Assembly: GCA_963735055.1 (NCBI GenBank)
Contig: CAVTJN010000004.1
Location: 152,914 to 216,913, forward strand
Reading direction: 5' to 3'
DNA length: 64,000 nucleotides
DNA from: an uncultured Chloroflexia bacterium
GTDB taxonomy: Bacteria > Chloroflexota > Dehalococcoidia > Dehalococcoidales > UBA2162
Shown here: piece after piece, positions 17,715 to 26,312 of the stretch
Layout of the letters: every line of letters begins with the position of its first letter
Position numbering within the stretch: the stretch's first letter is position 1
The notes under the pieces: model-generated
Told to the model about the DNA's origin: nothing
Database searches by the model: none
What the model saw: the letters and a program-made list of their open reading frames with translations, nothing else
Made by a program: the position numbers and the translations under genes

Positions 17715-18350
17715 TCAATATCTGAGGCTCGCTAAGAGCGTGAACTCCCGCTGCGATTCCGTTTCCGCTTTCTCCCAGCGGGGAAATGCGGCATCGTATT
17801 TCGCGAGTTCGTTGGCGTCGACCTCGAAAGCCGCACTCTCGATGAATCTCCCTGCCATATTATTGAGCACGCCATGCTTCAACTCCAATACCAGCAAGGC
17901 AACCGCAAATTTGTCATCAGCGGTCTTGATTTCGTATTTTTCGCCGCATCTAAAACCGAACCGACTATAGTACCTCGGATCTCCATAGATACAAATCGCG
18001 GGATAGCCCAGGTTCCGGGCGAGATTGACACTGTGGACAATCAGCGCGGTCCCGATTCCCCGTCTTTGAAGCGCGGGCAGAACGCTCACAGGCCCAAAAC
18101 TTATGACTTTCTTCTCCGAACCTTCGCTATCCCTGATCAATCCCCGGCTGTAGGCAATCTGGCCGACAATCTGCCCTTCTTTCTCAGCAACGAAGTCAAG
18201 CTCCGGGATGAAATCGCCGCTTCTCCGGAGATTATGCATAGCGAGGTGTTCGCTGCATCCTGGAACATACAGATTCCAAAATGCGGCGCGGACCAACCCT
18301 TCAACAATGCTGTAATCGGCTTCAATTTCGTTTCTGATTGTCACGTCCAC
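17715..18350 (-). CDS. GNAT-family N-acetyltransferase
   Basis: Acetyl-CoA binding motif 'LQRRGIGTALI'. About 210 aa. Confidence 0.85.
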   Translation of the reverse strand: MDVTIRNEIEADYSIVEGLVRAAFWNLYVPGCSEHLAMHNLRRSGDFIPELDFVAEKEGQIVGQIAYSRGLIRDSEGSEKKVISFGPVSVLPALQRRGIGTALIVHSVNLARNLGYPAICIYGDPRYYSRFGFRCGEKYEIKTADDKFAVALLVLELKHGVLNNMAGRFIESAAFEVDANELAKYDAAFPRWEKAETESQREFTLLASLRY

Positions 18351-18730
18351 ACTTGATCTCCAATCCGGTAATCTCAGGATGAGGTCGCTCGCATCATACT
18401 ACGAGAGAATGCCAGAAGCGACCCGGAAGATCAAATCGCGAGACGCTGCACACAGCCACTTGAAACCCAAACTGCAAAAGTGATAGATTCCTGGTGGCCA
18501 AGCTACCGCGCCGGCAAGGAGGGCCTTCGGTGCAGGAGATAGCTATCAGCTAACAGCGGTCAGATCAGGGGCCCCGGGACGGCCGCTGGATGGAAATACG
18601 AAACAGACTCCCCGCCGTGACGACGAACGGGATGAGATCTAGACGGCGCGCAACACGATCTGGCACGACAGCGACCATCCGTCGTGCATCCGGTTGCCGG
18701 CGATATCGGGCTGAGACTGGTCCACTCAGG

Positions 18731-18833
18731 GATCTGGATTCCCGTCTCCACGGGAATGGGGGATTGCTGGAATGGGGTATTGGGGTTGATACGGTCCTAT
18801 GGTATTCCCATTCCCACGCAGGTGGGAATCCAG
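18731..18833. repeat. MITE-like element with 10-bp terminal inverted repeats
   Basis: CTGGATTCCC (18734-18743) and GGGAATCCAG (18824-18833). Internal hairpins ATTCCCGT-ctcc-ACGGGAAT (18738-18757) and TTCCCAC-gcag-GTGGGAA (18811-18828). Confidence 0.5.
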
Positions 18834-18844
18834 AGCCCGGTTGT

Positions 18845-19153
18845 ATGAACACAAGCATGTATAGATGCTATTACGTCTATATTATGGCCAGTGGTCGGAA
18901 CGGTACCCTGTATATTGGCGAAACTGACGATCTGATGAGGCGTGTCTATGAACACAAGAACGACCTCGTCCATGGTTTCACCGAGAGATACGGCGTCCAC
19001 ACGCTCGTCCATTACGAAGTCTGTGACGGCAAGGAGGGGGCCCTTCGTCGAGAGAAGCAGCTTAAGAAGTGGAACAGGGCCTGGAAGCTAAGACTGATAG
19101 AGGAAGGGAATCCAGGATGGAATGACGTATATGAGGATTTGCTTTCGCAGTGA
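18845..19153 (+). CDS. GIY-YIG nuclease family protein (small, stand-alone)
   Basis: 'YYVYIMAS..GTLYIGETDDLMRRVYEH...REKQLKKW'. Start at ATG 18845 or 18857; the longer ORF from 18590 is implausible. Confidence 0.85.
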   Translation: MNTSMYRCYYVYIMASGRNGTLYIGETDDLMRRVYEHKNDLVHGFTERYGVHTLVHYEVCDGKEGALRREKQLKKWNRAWKLRLIEEGNPGWNDVYEDLLSQ

Positions 19154-19182
19154 TCTGGATTCCCGTTTGCACTGGAATGGGG
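19152..19182. repeat. direct repeat copy of the 18731-18761 unit
   Basis: GATCTGGATTCCCGTTTGCACTGGAATGGGG matches 18731-18761 at 28/31 positions. It begins inside the GIY-YIG stop codon. Confidence 0.55.
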
Positions 19183-19204
19183 AGTACTGACCGTGGGGGT
19201 CGTT

Positions 19205-19987
19205 ATGCCATACGCAGACAACAAGGGTGTTAAGATTTACTACGAGGTGGAGGGGGAGGGGGGACCGCCATTGGTGCTGGCTCATGGCGGCAGCGGCAAC
19301 CTGGATACGTGGCGGCAATGCGGCTACGCGAGCGCTCTCCGTGACGAGTTCCTGCTGATAATGTACGATGCGCGGGGTCACGGGCGCACCGTCCGACCGC
19401 AAGCCCCATCAAACAGTGACCCGCTCGATGACGCGACGGCGGTACTGGACGCGGTGGGGATGTCAGAGGGGCACTTCTGGGGCTACTCGATGGGAGCGAG
19501 CACCGGCTTTGACCTGGCCATCCACCGCCCCGGCCGATTCATCAGCTTCATCCTGGGTGGAATGACCCCCTACGCCTGGCCCGACGAGATGATCAAGGCG
19601 ATCAACATCTCGATTGACCTGTTCAAGCTGCGCCTATCCGACCCTGACGAGTACCTCCGGCGGATGGAAGGGCTGACCGGGCATCAGCTTTCGCCGGAAG
19701 ACCGGGACGAGTTACTTTCGCGGGACGCCGAAGCGAGTATCGCCGGGCAGGAGGCGCTCCTGGCCCGCCCGCCGCTCACCGACAAAGATCTGGCCGGGAT
19801 CCAATCGCCGTGTCTCGTATACTCCGGTGAACTCGACCCGTTCCATGCGGGCGCCCAGGAAAGCGTCTGCCACATCCCGCAGGCGCGGTTTGTGTCGCTC
19901 CCCGGCCTCAACCACATTACGGCCTTTGCCCGCGGCGATCAGATTGCCACCCAGGTCAGGGACTTCCTCTACGAGGTGAGCGACTGA
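19205..19987 (+). CDS. alpha/beta-fold hydrolase
   Basis: Nucleophile elbow 'GYSMGA' (GxSxG), 'LAHGGSGN', C-terminal 'LNHI' His region. ATG 19205. Confidence 0.85.
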   Translation: MPYADNKGVKIYYEVEGEGGPPLVLAHGGSGNLDTWRQCGYASALRDEFLLIMYDARGHGRTVRPQAPSNSDPLDDATAVLDAVGMSEGHFWGYSMGASTGFDLAIHRPGRFISFILGGMTPYAWPDEMIKAINISIDLFKLRLSDPDEYLRRMEGLTGHQLSPEDRDELLSRDAEASIAGQEALLARPPLTDKDLAGIQSPCLVYSGELDPFHAGAQESVCHIPQARFVSLPGLNHITAFARGDQIATQVRDFLYEVSD

Positions 19988-20036
19988 GCAGACGCGGATC
20001 TTACGGCGCCAAACGACTGTGACGGGCATCTGTTCA

Positions 20037-20135
20037 GATTGCTTCGTCGCTGCACTCCGCGCGGAGAAAGGTGGGCGGGACTCACTGGATTCCCTTGAGG
20101 ACAAGCCTCGAGGACAGGCCTGCTGCCGTGTCGGG
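20037..20135. repeat. composite dispersed-repeat region (GATTGCTTCGTCGC unit + CTGGATTCCC unit + hairpins)
   Basis: GATTGCTTCGTCGC at 20037-20050 is identical to 42240-42253. CTGGATTCCC at 20085-20094 is the same 10-mer as at 18734 and 19155. Confidence 0.45.
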
Positions 20136-20204
20136 GCACGGGACAAGATCCGTGGATCAAGGCGTTGACCATCATCCACAGAAAGGACTGGAAGGGAAAA
20201 GGGT

Positions 20205-21392
20205 CTAGGCGCCGTAGGTTATTCGCCCCGCAGGCCGCCGCGGGCGGTATCCGGCCAGGGCATAGCGCCGGGCGTCCATACCATGGCTGTAGAGGTGGGC
20301 GGTGCGGTCGGTCAGCCGGCCGTTCACCCTATCCAGGAGGTACCGGAAATTGCGCTGTTCCCGGATACAGTTGACCGAGTCCCGGGTCCAGAACTGAAAG
20401 CACTGGTTTACCTTCTGGATACCGTAGTCGACACTGCCCGGTCCCTTCTCACCGGGCATGATGTTGAAATGCTTCAGCCTGATCTCCTCGATGGACTTGG
20501 GTTCGGCAGCGTCGGCCAGGATGGGATCGCGCGGATGTACCCCCAACAGGTCCATCCGCCGGGCGATCTGATCGTTGGTCATACCCCGCTCGTAGATCAG
20601 TTCCTGGCTATACAGCCGATCACCGACCAGCACGTTCTTGACGAGGACGGTCGGGTCATCAGAAAAGCCAAAGTCCAGCCCGTAGAAGACGGCCCCGAGG
20701 GGCAAAGCATCGACCTGCTGGAAGGCAGGGTAGACAAGGCCTTCCACTTTCCCGACCAGCCCCAAGCCGTAGATATTCCACCAGTTGGGGTCCTTGTCGC
20801 GGTTCGATTCGATGTTGGCGACCACTTCGTCCGGAAGCACGTCCCTGGCGTCGAGAAACGTCGAATGGCAGTAGTGGGTACCAGGCTCGGCCAGCCAGTT
20901 TTGGTGTGCCCAGAATTCGCCGACCGGATTCCAGTCGACGATGGTAAATTTGGCGGTCCGAATGTCGAGGCCACGGGCGGTCTCCCACGGAACGTTATTG
21001 CCCTCGTTGATGAAGAGAATGTCACGGCGAGGTCCGCGCACCTTGTCGGAATCGTCGGCACCGAAGAACTCAATGCGGCCGTTGCCACAGGTGTATACAA
21101 ATTCGGTCTTCGACCACCGGGGGTTGTTGTCCGGGCTCTCGTCGAGGATGTGGAACAGGTCGCGAATGCACCCCCGCTTCAGATGGGGCAAGGATTCCGA
21201 GACCACCGACAGGAGCAGGGGAGACCGGGCGTTCCGGGCGATGAGGAGCAGCGCCTGGAGGATCGACCAGGTCTTGGAACTCGAAGTCCCGCCCTCATGA
21301 AGGCAACGACGGGAACCGCCGAGCCAGGCAGTCAGGGTCTCGGCGAAGACGCGGGTTGTCTTGAAGCTAAGCTGGCGTTCAGAAGAGGTCAT
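20205..21392 (-). CDS. phage terminase large subunit (PBSX/XtmB-like)
   Basis: Walker A-like 'GGTSSSKT', Walker B-like 'ILFINEG', C-terminal nuclease-like acidic motifs ('GLDFGFSDDPT', 'ADAAEP', 'HGMDARRY'). 4-nt overlap with terS. Confidence 0.85.
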   Translation of the reverse strand: MTSSERQLSFKTTRVFAETLTAWLGGSRRCLHEGGTSSSKTWSILQALLLIARNARSPLLLSVVSESLPHLKRGCIRDLFHILDESPDNNPRWSKTEFVYTCGNGRIEFFGADDSDKVRGPRRDILFINEGNNVPWETARGLDIRTAKFTIVDWNPVGEFWAHQNWLAEPGTHYCHSTFLDARDVLPDEVVANIESNRDKDPNWWNIYGLGLVGKVEGLVYPAFQQVDALPLGAVFYGLDFGFSDDPTVLVKNVLVGDRLYSQELIYERGMTNDQIARRMDLLGVHPRDPILADAAEPKSIEEIRLKHFNIMPGEKGPGSVDYGIQKVNQCFQFWTRDSVNCIREQRNFRYLLDRVNGRLTDRTAHLYSHGMDARRYALAGYRPRRPAGRITYGA

Positions 21393-21934
21393 TCCGTCCG
21401 CTCTCCAGCGGCGACCCGCTCGACTAAGGTCCTGGCCTCAGGGCTGATGACGTTGATAATGAACGTGGTGTGGTGCACGGCCGGAGTCTCGACATAGACT
21501 CTTTCCATCTTGTTCAACTCGGCGATGGCCCGGACGGGATCGTGGAGTTGCAGGTCGGTAATCACTTCCGAGTCACCATCACTGCGGCCCGGCCGGGTCC
21601 GGATGCTGAGATGTTCCACGGCGCCGGGATTGGCGCTACCCGGGCCGACGTTGAAGCCAACGCCGCGGTCGGCCAGGTAGTCGGTGATGCGGCCGCGGCC
21701 GATCTCGCTCAGTTTTCGTTTGCGCTCCAGCACCTTCATGACGGCGTCGTCCTCCACCCGCTGCCGCAACTCCTGGATCCGGGCGGCGATCAACGGGATT
21801 CTCAAGTTGACCGATCCGGTGATGTCCGCACTACGCGGGCTGTATCCGGCGGCGACGGCCGATTGGGCGACCTTACCGGTCTCAAAGTACTTCACGCAGA
21901 ACATTTCCTGCTTCTGGGTGAGTCGCTTTCTCAT
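21389..21934 (-). CDS. phage terminase small subunit
   Basis: Typical N-terminus 'LTQKQEMFCVKYFETG...AAGYS'. GGAGG RBS. Located directly upstream of terL. Confidence 0.8.
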   Translation of the reverse strand: MRKRLTQKQEMFCVKYFETGKVAQSAVAAGYSPRSADITGSVNLRIPLIAARIQELRQRVEDDAVMKVLERKRKLSEIGRGRITDYLADRGVGFNVGPGSANPGAVEHLSIRTRPGRSDGDSEVITDLQLHDPVRAIAELNKMERVYVETPAVHHTTFIINVISPEARTLVERVAAGERTE

Positions 21935-22034
21935 GGTAAACCTCCAAATCCTCGATACGAAAAACTAAATACGAAACAAACTCAAAACAAGAAACCTCAC
22001 ATGAGTCCCCCTTTTCTTTATAAATTTCTTTATA

Positions 22035-22074
22035 GGTACGGTACTGTACTGTTGGGTACGGTTGGGTACGGTAG
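22035..22074. repeat. three GGTACGGT direct repeats (two as tandem GTTGGGTACG 10-mers)
   Basis: GGTACGGT at 22035, 22055 and 22065. Tandem GTTGGGTACG at 22051-22070. Located in the AT-richer region upstream of terS. Confidence 0.45.
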
Positions 22075-22168
22075 CTCAACACCGGCAGTGCACGTGCGCG
22101 ACACGTGGTCGGCGGGTTGAACGAGGCGTGCGCTGCACGGAACAGGAACCAACCTTAAGACGCCAAGG

Positions 22169-22191
22169 TCGCAAAGACAAGCCGGGGCGGG
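22169..22191. repeat. partial copy of dispersed repeat (TCGCAAAGACAAG..GGGGCGGG)
   Basis: The 13-mer TCGCAAAGACAAG is identical to 27997-28009, and the downstream GGGGCGGG is shared. Confidence 0.45.
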
Positions 22192-22192
22192 A

Positions 22193-22221
22193 CAACAAAA
22201 AAGCCGCTTTGGCAGCGGCTT
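22193..22221 (-). terminator. intrinsic terminator-like hairpin (strongest on minus strand)
   Basis: AAGCCGCT-ttggc-AGCGGCTT (22201-22221). On the minus strand it is followed by TTTTTTGTTG. Confidence 0.5.
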
Positions 22222-22385
22222 CTTAACAGGTAGAGGTCATAGTAACCCCTCATCGAAAATAGTAACACAGCTTCAAAAGAACGTCAATACCCGCGCGGCA
22301 TTTCCGGCATCCAGGCACAAACACCCGCAAATGCTGTACAGCGCCCGGGGGATGGATGGGCCGCAGGCTGTGTTAGTATGATGGC

Positions 22386-23042
22386 ATGGCATTGCACGCT
22401 GTGCTGTTCGACCTCGACGGAACGCTACTGGACACCCTTCGGGACATTGCCGACTCGGCGAACAGCGCCCTGGCTCATTTCGGCTTTCCGGAGCACGAAA
22501 TCAGCGCCTACCGCTACTTCGTGGGCGACGGCGTGGACATGCTCGCCGCGCGCGCTCTTCCCAAGGAATCCAGGGATCAAACAACAGTAGCCAAAGTGGT
22601 CGCTCGCATTGACCAGGAATACGGGACGCGCTGGGCCAACAACACACATCCTTTTGAGGGCATACCCGAATTGTTGAACGCCCTGATGAAATCCGGCACG
22701 CGACTGGCGATTCTGTCCAACAAGGGACAGGATTTTGCCGAACTGACAGTCTCGAAGTTCCTCTCCGGCCGGCAATTCGACGTCATTCTGGGGGCGCAAC
22801 CTGCCATACCCAAGAAGCCTGATCCCACGGGCGCGCTGCAGATAGCCACCCGAATGAGCCTTTCCCCGTCCGTGTTTCTCTATCTCGGCGATTCCGGCGT
22901 CGACATGAAGACGGCGGCCGCGGCCGGCATGTTTCCGGTCGGAGCCCTGTGGGGTTTTCGCACCGCGGATGAACTCCTGGCGGGAGGGGCAAGGGCGCTC
23001 GCCAGGAAGCCGGCAGATGTAGTGGACCTGCTGTCCAGCTGA
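22386..23042 (+). CDS. HAD-family hydrolase (phosphoglycolate phosphatase-like)
   Basis: Motif I 'VLFDLDGTLLDT', motif II 'ILSNK', motif III/IV 'KKPDP...LGDSGVDMKTA'. Confidence 0.85.
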   Translation: MALHAVLFDLDGTLLDTLRDIADSANSALAHFGFPEHEISAYRYFVGDGVDMLAARALPKESRDQTTVAKVVARIDQEYGTRWANNTHPFEGIPELLNALMKSGTRLAILSNKGQDFAELTVSKFLSGRQFDVILGAQPAIPKKPDPTGALQIATRMSLSPSVFLYLGDSGVDMKTAAAAGMFPVGALWGFRTADELLAGGARALARKPADVVDLLSS

Positions 23043-23090
23043 TCACAATGGGCGGCGCGCCGTTCCACCTCCGCCAGGGAGCAGATCAAT

Positions 23091-23759
23091 TCAGTCCTTT
23101 CGAGCTTCGATCAGCTTGAAGATGCCACTGAGATCGGTGACTCTCTCGACCACGAGTCCGCTCCGGGCGACGTTGTCAACAGTCTTCCGGTTGAAATTGT
23201 CGCCAATCATCCAGAAGACGAGAGGATTCAGAAGATTCATGATGAAAGCCAGCCATCGCCGGGAACTCAAGACGTGTTCCAGCAGGACTATCTTGCCGCC
23301 CGGTTTACAGACGCGCTTTATCTCGGCCAGGCCGCGGGCCGGATCCGGCACGGCACAAAACACAAGCGAGGCGATGACGGTGTCGAAGGTGCTGTCGGCG
23401 AATCGAAGCGACTGCACATCCATTTCGTCCAGAACAACGATGACTCCCTGTTGACCGGCCTTCCGCCGGGCGAGTTCGAGCATTTTCGGGCTGAGGTCGA
23501 TGGCGGTGACGGTGGCACCCCCCGGATAGAAGGGGAAACTGGGGCCGGTACCAACTCCGACTTCCAGGATACGACTGCCTTCCACCCTGGTCCAGGAGAG
23601 CGCACGCCATCGCCTCAGCCGCGAACCGCCGGCGAGGTCCTCAAGAAAATCGAAAAGCGCGGCCATCCGGTCATACCGTCTTTTCACCAGTGCGGTGGCT
23701 TTACTGGAACGCTTCAAACCGCTGTCCCCGAATTCCGTCATGCCGCTGTACCCGCTCAT
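23091..23759 (-). CDS. class I SAM-dependent methyltransferase
   Basis: Motif I 'ILEVGVGTG', 'DTVIASLVF', 'GGKIVLLEH'. Confidence 0.85.
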   Translation of the reverse strand: MSGYSGMTEFGDSGLKRSSKATALVKRRYDRMAALFDFLEDLAGGSRLRRWRALSWTRVEGSRILEVGVGTGPSFPFYPGGATVTAIDLSPKMLELARRKAGQQGVIVVLDEMDVQSLRFADSTFDTVIASLVFCAVPDPARGLAEIKRVCKPGGKIVLLEHVLSSRRWLAFIMNLLNPLVFWMIGDNFNRKTVDNVARSGLVVERVTDLSGIFKLIEARKD

Positions 23760-23972
23760 ATTGACCAGTACCTGCGGGCAGTCCTCTGCGGAACAGCCCG
23801 TGAGCCGGCCCCAAATCGGACCGGAACCAGAGTCTGGGGTTAATCAAATAGTATAGTGTTATGGATCATGGTATGGCAGTTCATGACCGGTCAAACTCGG
23901 AATGATGGCCGCTTCTTAGGTTTGAAGGAGGGACCGGGGGAAAAGGGGTTGGGAGTCGGGGCGGCGCGCCCA

Positions 23973-23981
23973 TGATATAAT
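23973..23981 (+). promoter_or_regulatory. candidate extended -10 (TGATATAAT) giving a very short or no leader for tatD
   Basis: TGaTATAAT at 23973-23981. ATG 23993 is 11 nt after the hexamer, and there is no SD between them. Confidence 0.35.
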
Positions 23982-23992
23982 CAAACGCACCG

Positions 23993-24763
23993 ATGAATCG
24001 CCTGGTTGACACTCATGCGCACCTGGAAGAGATCGCCGACCTCGATGAATCGCTGGCCGCGGCCCGGCTGGCCGGGGTGGCGGCCATTGTCGCGGTTGGC
24101 TCGGACGGAGTCTCGAACCAGAAGGTTATCGACATCGCCCGGCGATACCCCGATTTCGTCTACCCGGCGCTGGGGCTGCATCCGGGCAACCTGAAGGACA
24201 GCGACCTGGAGCCCACCCTATCATTCATCGAGGCTCATTGCGTTGAGTCGGTGGCCATCGGCGAGATCGGCCTGGACTACCACAAGCGGGCCCTCGGGGC
24301 GGCCTCAAAGAAACGCCAGCAGGAAGTCCTGGGAATGCTGCTCAAGGTGGCGGCGAAACACGGCAAGCCGGTCCTGGTCCACTCGAGGTACTCATGGCGG
24401 GACGCTTTCGATCTGGTTGACGAAGCGAAGATTGAGAAAGCGGTATTCCACTGGTTCACGGGGCCGGCCAGCGTGCTTAAGGATATCGCCGACCGGGGGT
24501 ACTACATTTCGGCCACGCCGGCAGCGGCGTATCACGAGGAGCACCGGGCGGCGGTGAGGGGATCGCCGCTGGACCGCCTGCTGCTGGAGACCGACTCGCC
24601 GGTAAGGTACCGGCAGGGAGCGGAGGCGGTATTTGAAGCCCGGCCGGCCGACGTGCGGCGATCGCTGACGGCCACGGCGGCGCTCAAGGACCTGGCCGAA
24701 GACGAAATGGCGGCGGCCACCACGATGAACGCTGTAAAGTTGTTCGGGTTGCGGCTAAAATAG
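23993..24763 (+). CDS. tatD: TatD-family metal-dependent hydrolase/DNase
   Basis: 'VDTHAHL', 'GEIGLDY', 'VLVHSR', 'HWFTG', 'LLETDSP'. Confidence 0.9.
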   Translation: MNRLVDTHAHLEEIADLDESLAAARLAGVAAIVAVGSDGVSNQKVIDIARRYPDFVYPALGLHPGNLKDSDLEPTLSFIEAHCVESVAIGEIGLDYHKRALGAASKKRQQEVLGMLLKVAAKHGKPVLVHSRYSWRDAFDLVDEAKIEKAVFHWFTGPASVLKDIADRGYYISATPAAAYHEEHRAAVRGSPLDRLLLETDSPVRYRQGAEAVFEARPADVRRSLTATAALKDLAEDEMAAATTMNAVKLFGLRLK

Positions 24764-24788
24764 GCCATCATCTTCTGGCAGAGGGTTC

Positions 24789-26303
24789 ATGAGCAGACAG
24801 CGTTATATTGGAGCGATCGACCAGGGCACGACGAGCACCCGTTTCAGTCTCTTCGACGGGAATGGCGAAGCGGTGGCCGGGCATCAGCTCGAGCACCGGC
24901 AGATCTACCCGCGCCCGGGGTGGGTGGAGCACGACCCGATGGAGATATGGCAGAACACGCAAGCGGTGATCCGGGCCACGCTGCAGAAAAGCGGGATCGA
25001 CGCCGCCGACATTGCCGGCATCGGAATCACCAATCAACGCGAGACAACGCTGCTCTGGGACCGTCACACGGGCGTGCCGTACGGGAACGCGGTCGTCTGG
25101 CAATGCCTGCGAACTCAGGACATCTGCGAACGTCTGGAGGGGGAAGGGGGGCGTGACCGGTTCCGGGCAAAGACCGGACTGCCCCTGTCAGCGTACTTCT
25201 CGGGGCCGAAGATCAGATGGATACTGGATAACGTAGCGGAGGCGGGGGCGGCGGCGGAGAGGGGAGACGCCATCTTTGGGACGATCGATACCTGGCTGAT
25301 CTGGTGGCTGACCGGGGGACCAGGCAAAGGGGTCCACTGCACCGACGTCACGAACGCGAGCAGGACGATGCTGATGGACCTGGCGTCGCTGCAATGGGAC
25401 AAAGAGACAATGGCGGCACTGGGAATACCCGCCCAGGTCTTGCCGGAGATACGTCCATCGAGCGACAGTAACCCATACGGCTATACTCTAAAAGACGGAC
25501 CGCTGGGCAGGGCGATCCCGGTGTGCGGGGACCTGGGAGACCAGCAGGCGGCGCTCTTCGGCCAGACCTGCTTCGATCCGGGGGATGCCAAGAACACCTA
25601 CGGCACGGGCTGTTTTCTGCTGCTGAATACGGGGACGAGTCCGCGGCCGAGCACCCACGGCCTGCTGACGACGGTGGGCTACCAGATCGGCACGGCGCCG
25701 GCGGTCTACTGTCTGGAAGCGCCGATCGCGGTGGCGGGCATGCTGGTGCGCTGGCTGCGAGACAACCTGAAGCTGTTCCCCAACTCAGGCGACATCGAGC
25801 CGATGGCGGCGGCAGTCCCGGACAACGGCGGCGTCTACTTTGTGCCGGCCTTCTCCGGTCTGCTGGCGCCGTACTGGGATGCCCGGGCGCGCGGCCTGCT
25901 TATCGGGCTGACCGGGCACAGCAACCGCGGGCATATCGCGCGGGCCGCCCTGGAAGCGACGGCGTTCCAGACCCGCGATCTGCTTGAGGTCATGGAGGAA
26001 GACTCCGGGGTCAGGCTGAAACAGATCAGGGTGGACGGCGGCATGGTGGTCAACAACCTGCTGATGCAATTCCAGGCGGATATCCTGGGTATACCCGTAG
26101 TCCGGGCACGGACGGTGGAAACGACGTCGCTGGGCGCGGCCTACGCGGCCGGACTGGCGGCAGGCGTGTGGGAGAACACGGACGCGCTGCGGGCGAGTTG
26201 GACGGCCGGGGGGAGGTGGCTTCCCACCATGGACGAGCCATCCAGGGAGACGCTGTACGCAGGATGGCGCAAGGCGGTGGGGCGCAGCTACGGCTGGGCA
26301 TGA
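24789..26303 (+). CDS. glpK: glycerol kinase
   Basis: '[11 protein letters not shown]', 'ITNQRETT', '[10 protein letters not shown]', 'VDGGM'. 504 aa. Confidence 0.95.
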   Translation: MSRQRYIGAIDQGTTSTRFSLFDGNGEAVAGHQLEHRQIYPRPGWVEHDPMEIWQNTQAVIRATLQKSGIDAADIAGIGITNQRETTLLWDRHTGVPYGNAVVWQCLRTQDICERLEGEGGRDRFRAKTGLPLSAYFSGPKIRWILDNVAEAGAAAERGDAIFGTIDTWLIWWLTGGPGKGVHCTDVTNASRTMLMDLASLQWDKETMAALGIPAQVLPEIRPSSDSNPYGYTLKDGPLGRAIPVCGDLGDQQAALFGQTCFDPGDAKNTYGTGCFLLLNTGTSPRPSTHGLLTTVGYQIGTAPAVYCLEAPIAVAGMLVRWLRDNLKLFPNSGDIEPMAAAVPDNGGVYFVPAFSGLLAPYWDARARGLLIGLTGHSNRGHIARAALEATAFQTRDLLEVMEEDSGVRLKQIRVDGGMVVNNLLMQFQADILGIPVVRARTVETTSLGAAYAAGLAAGVWENTDALRASWTAGGRWLPTMDEPSRETLYAGWRKAVGRSYGWA

Positions 26304-26312
26304 AAGGACAAT

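Noticed and set aside
18690-18762. Resemblance to the TPP riboswitch (GGGCTGAGA ... GATCTGGAT ... GGGAA)
   Set aside because: The 3' half is the 31-bp repeat that recurs after the GIY-YIG gene (19152-19182). The expected CTGG/CCAG P5 hairpin and ACCC element are missing, and the downstream gene is unrelated to thiamine.
22373-22388. TATGAT (22377-22382) as the -10 for a leaderless HAD-hydrolase mRNA
   Set aside because: The hexamer ends only 3 nt before ATG 22386, which is too close for a TSS at the start codon. An alternative TGtTAGTAT (22371-22379) fits the spacing better but is weak, so no promoter is called.
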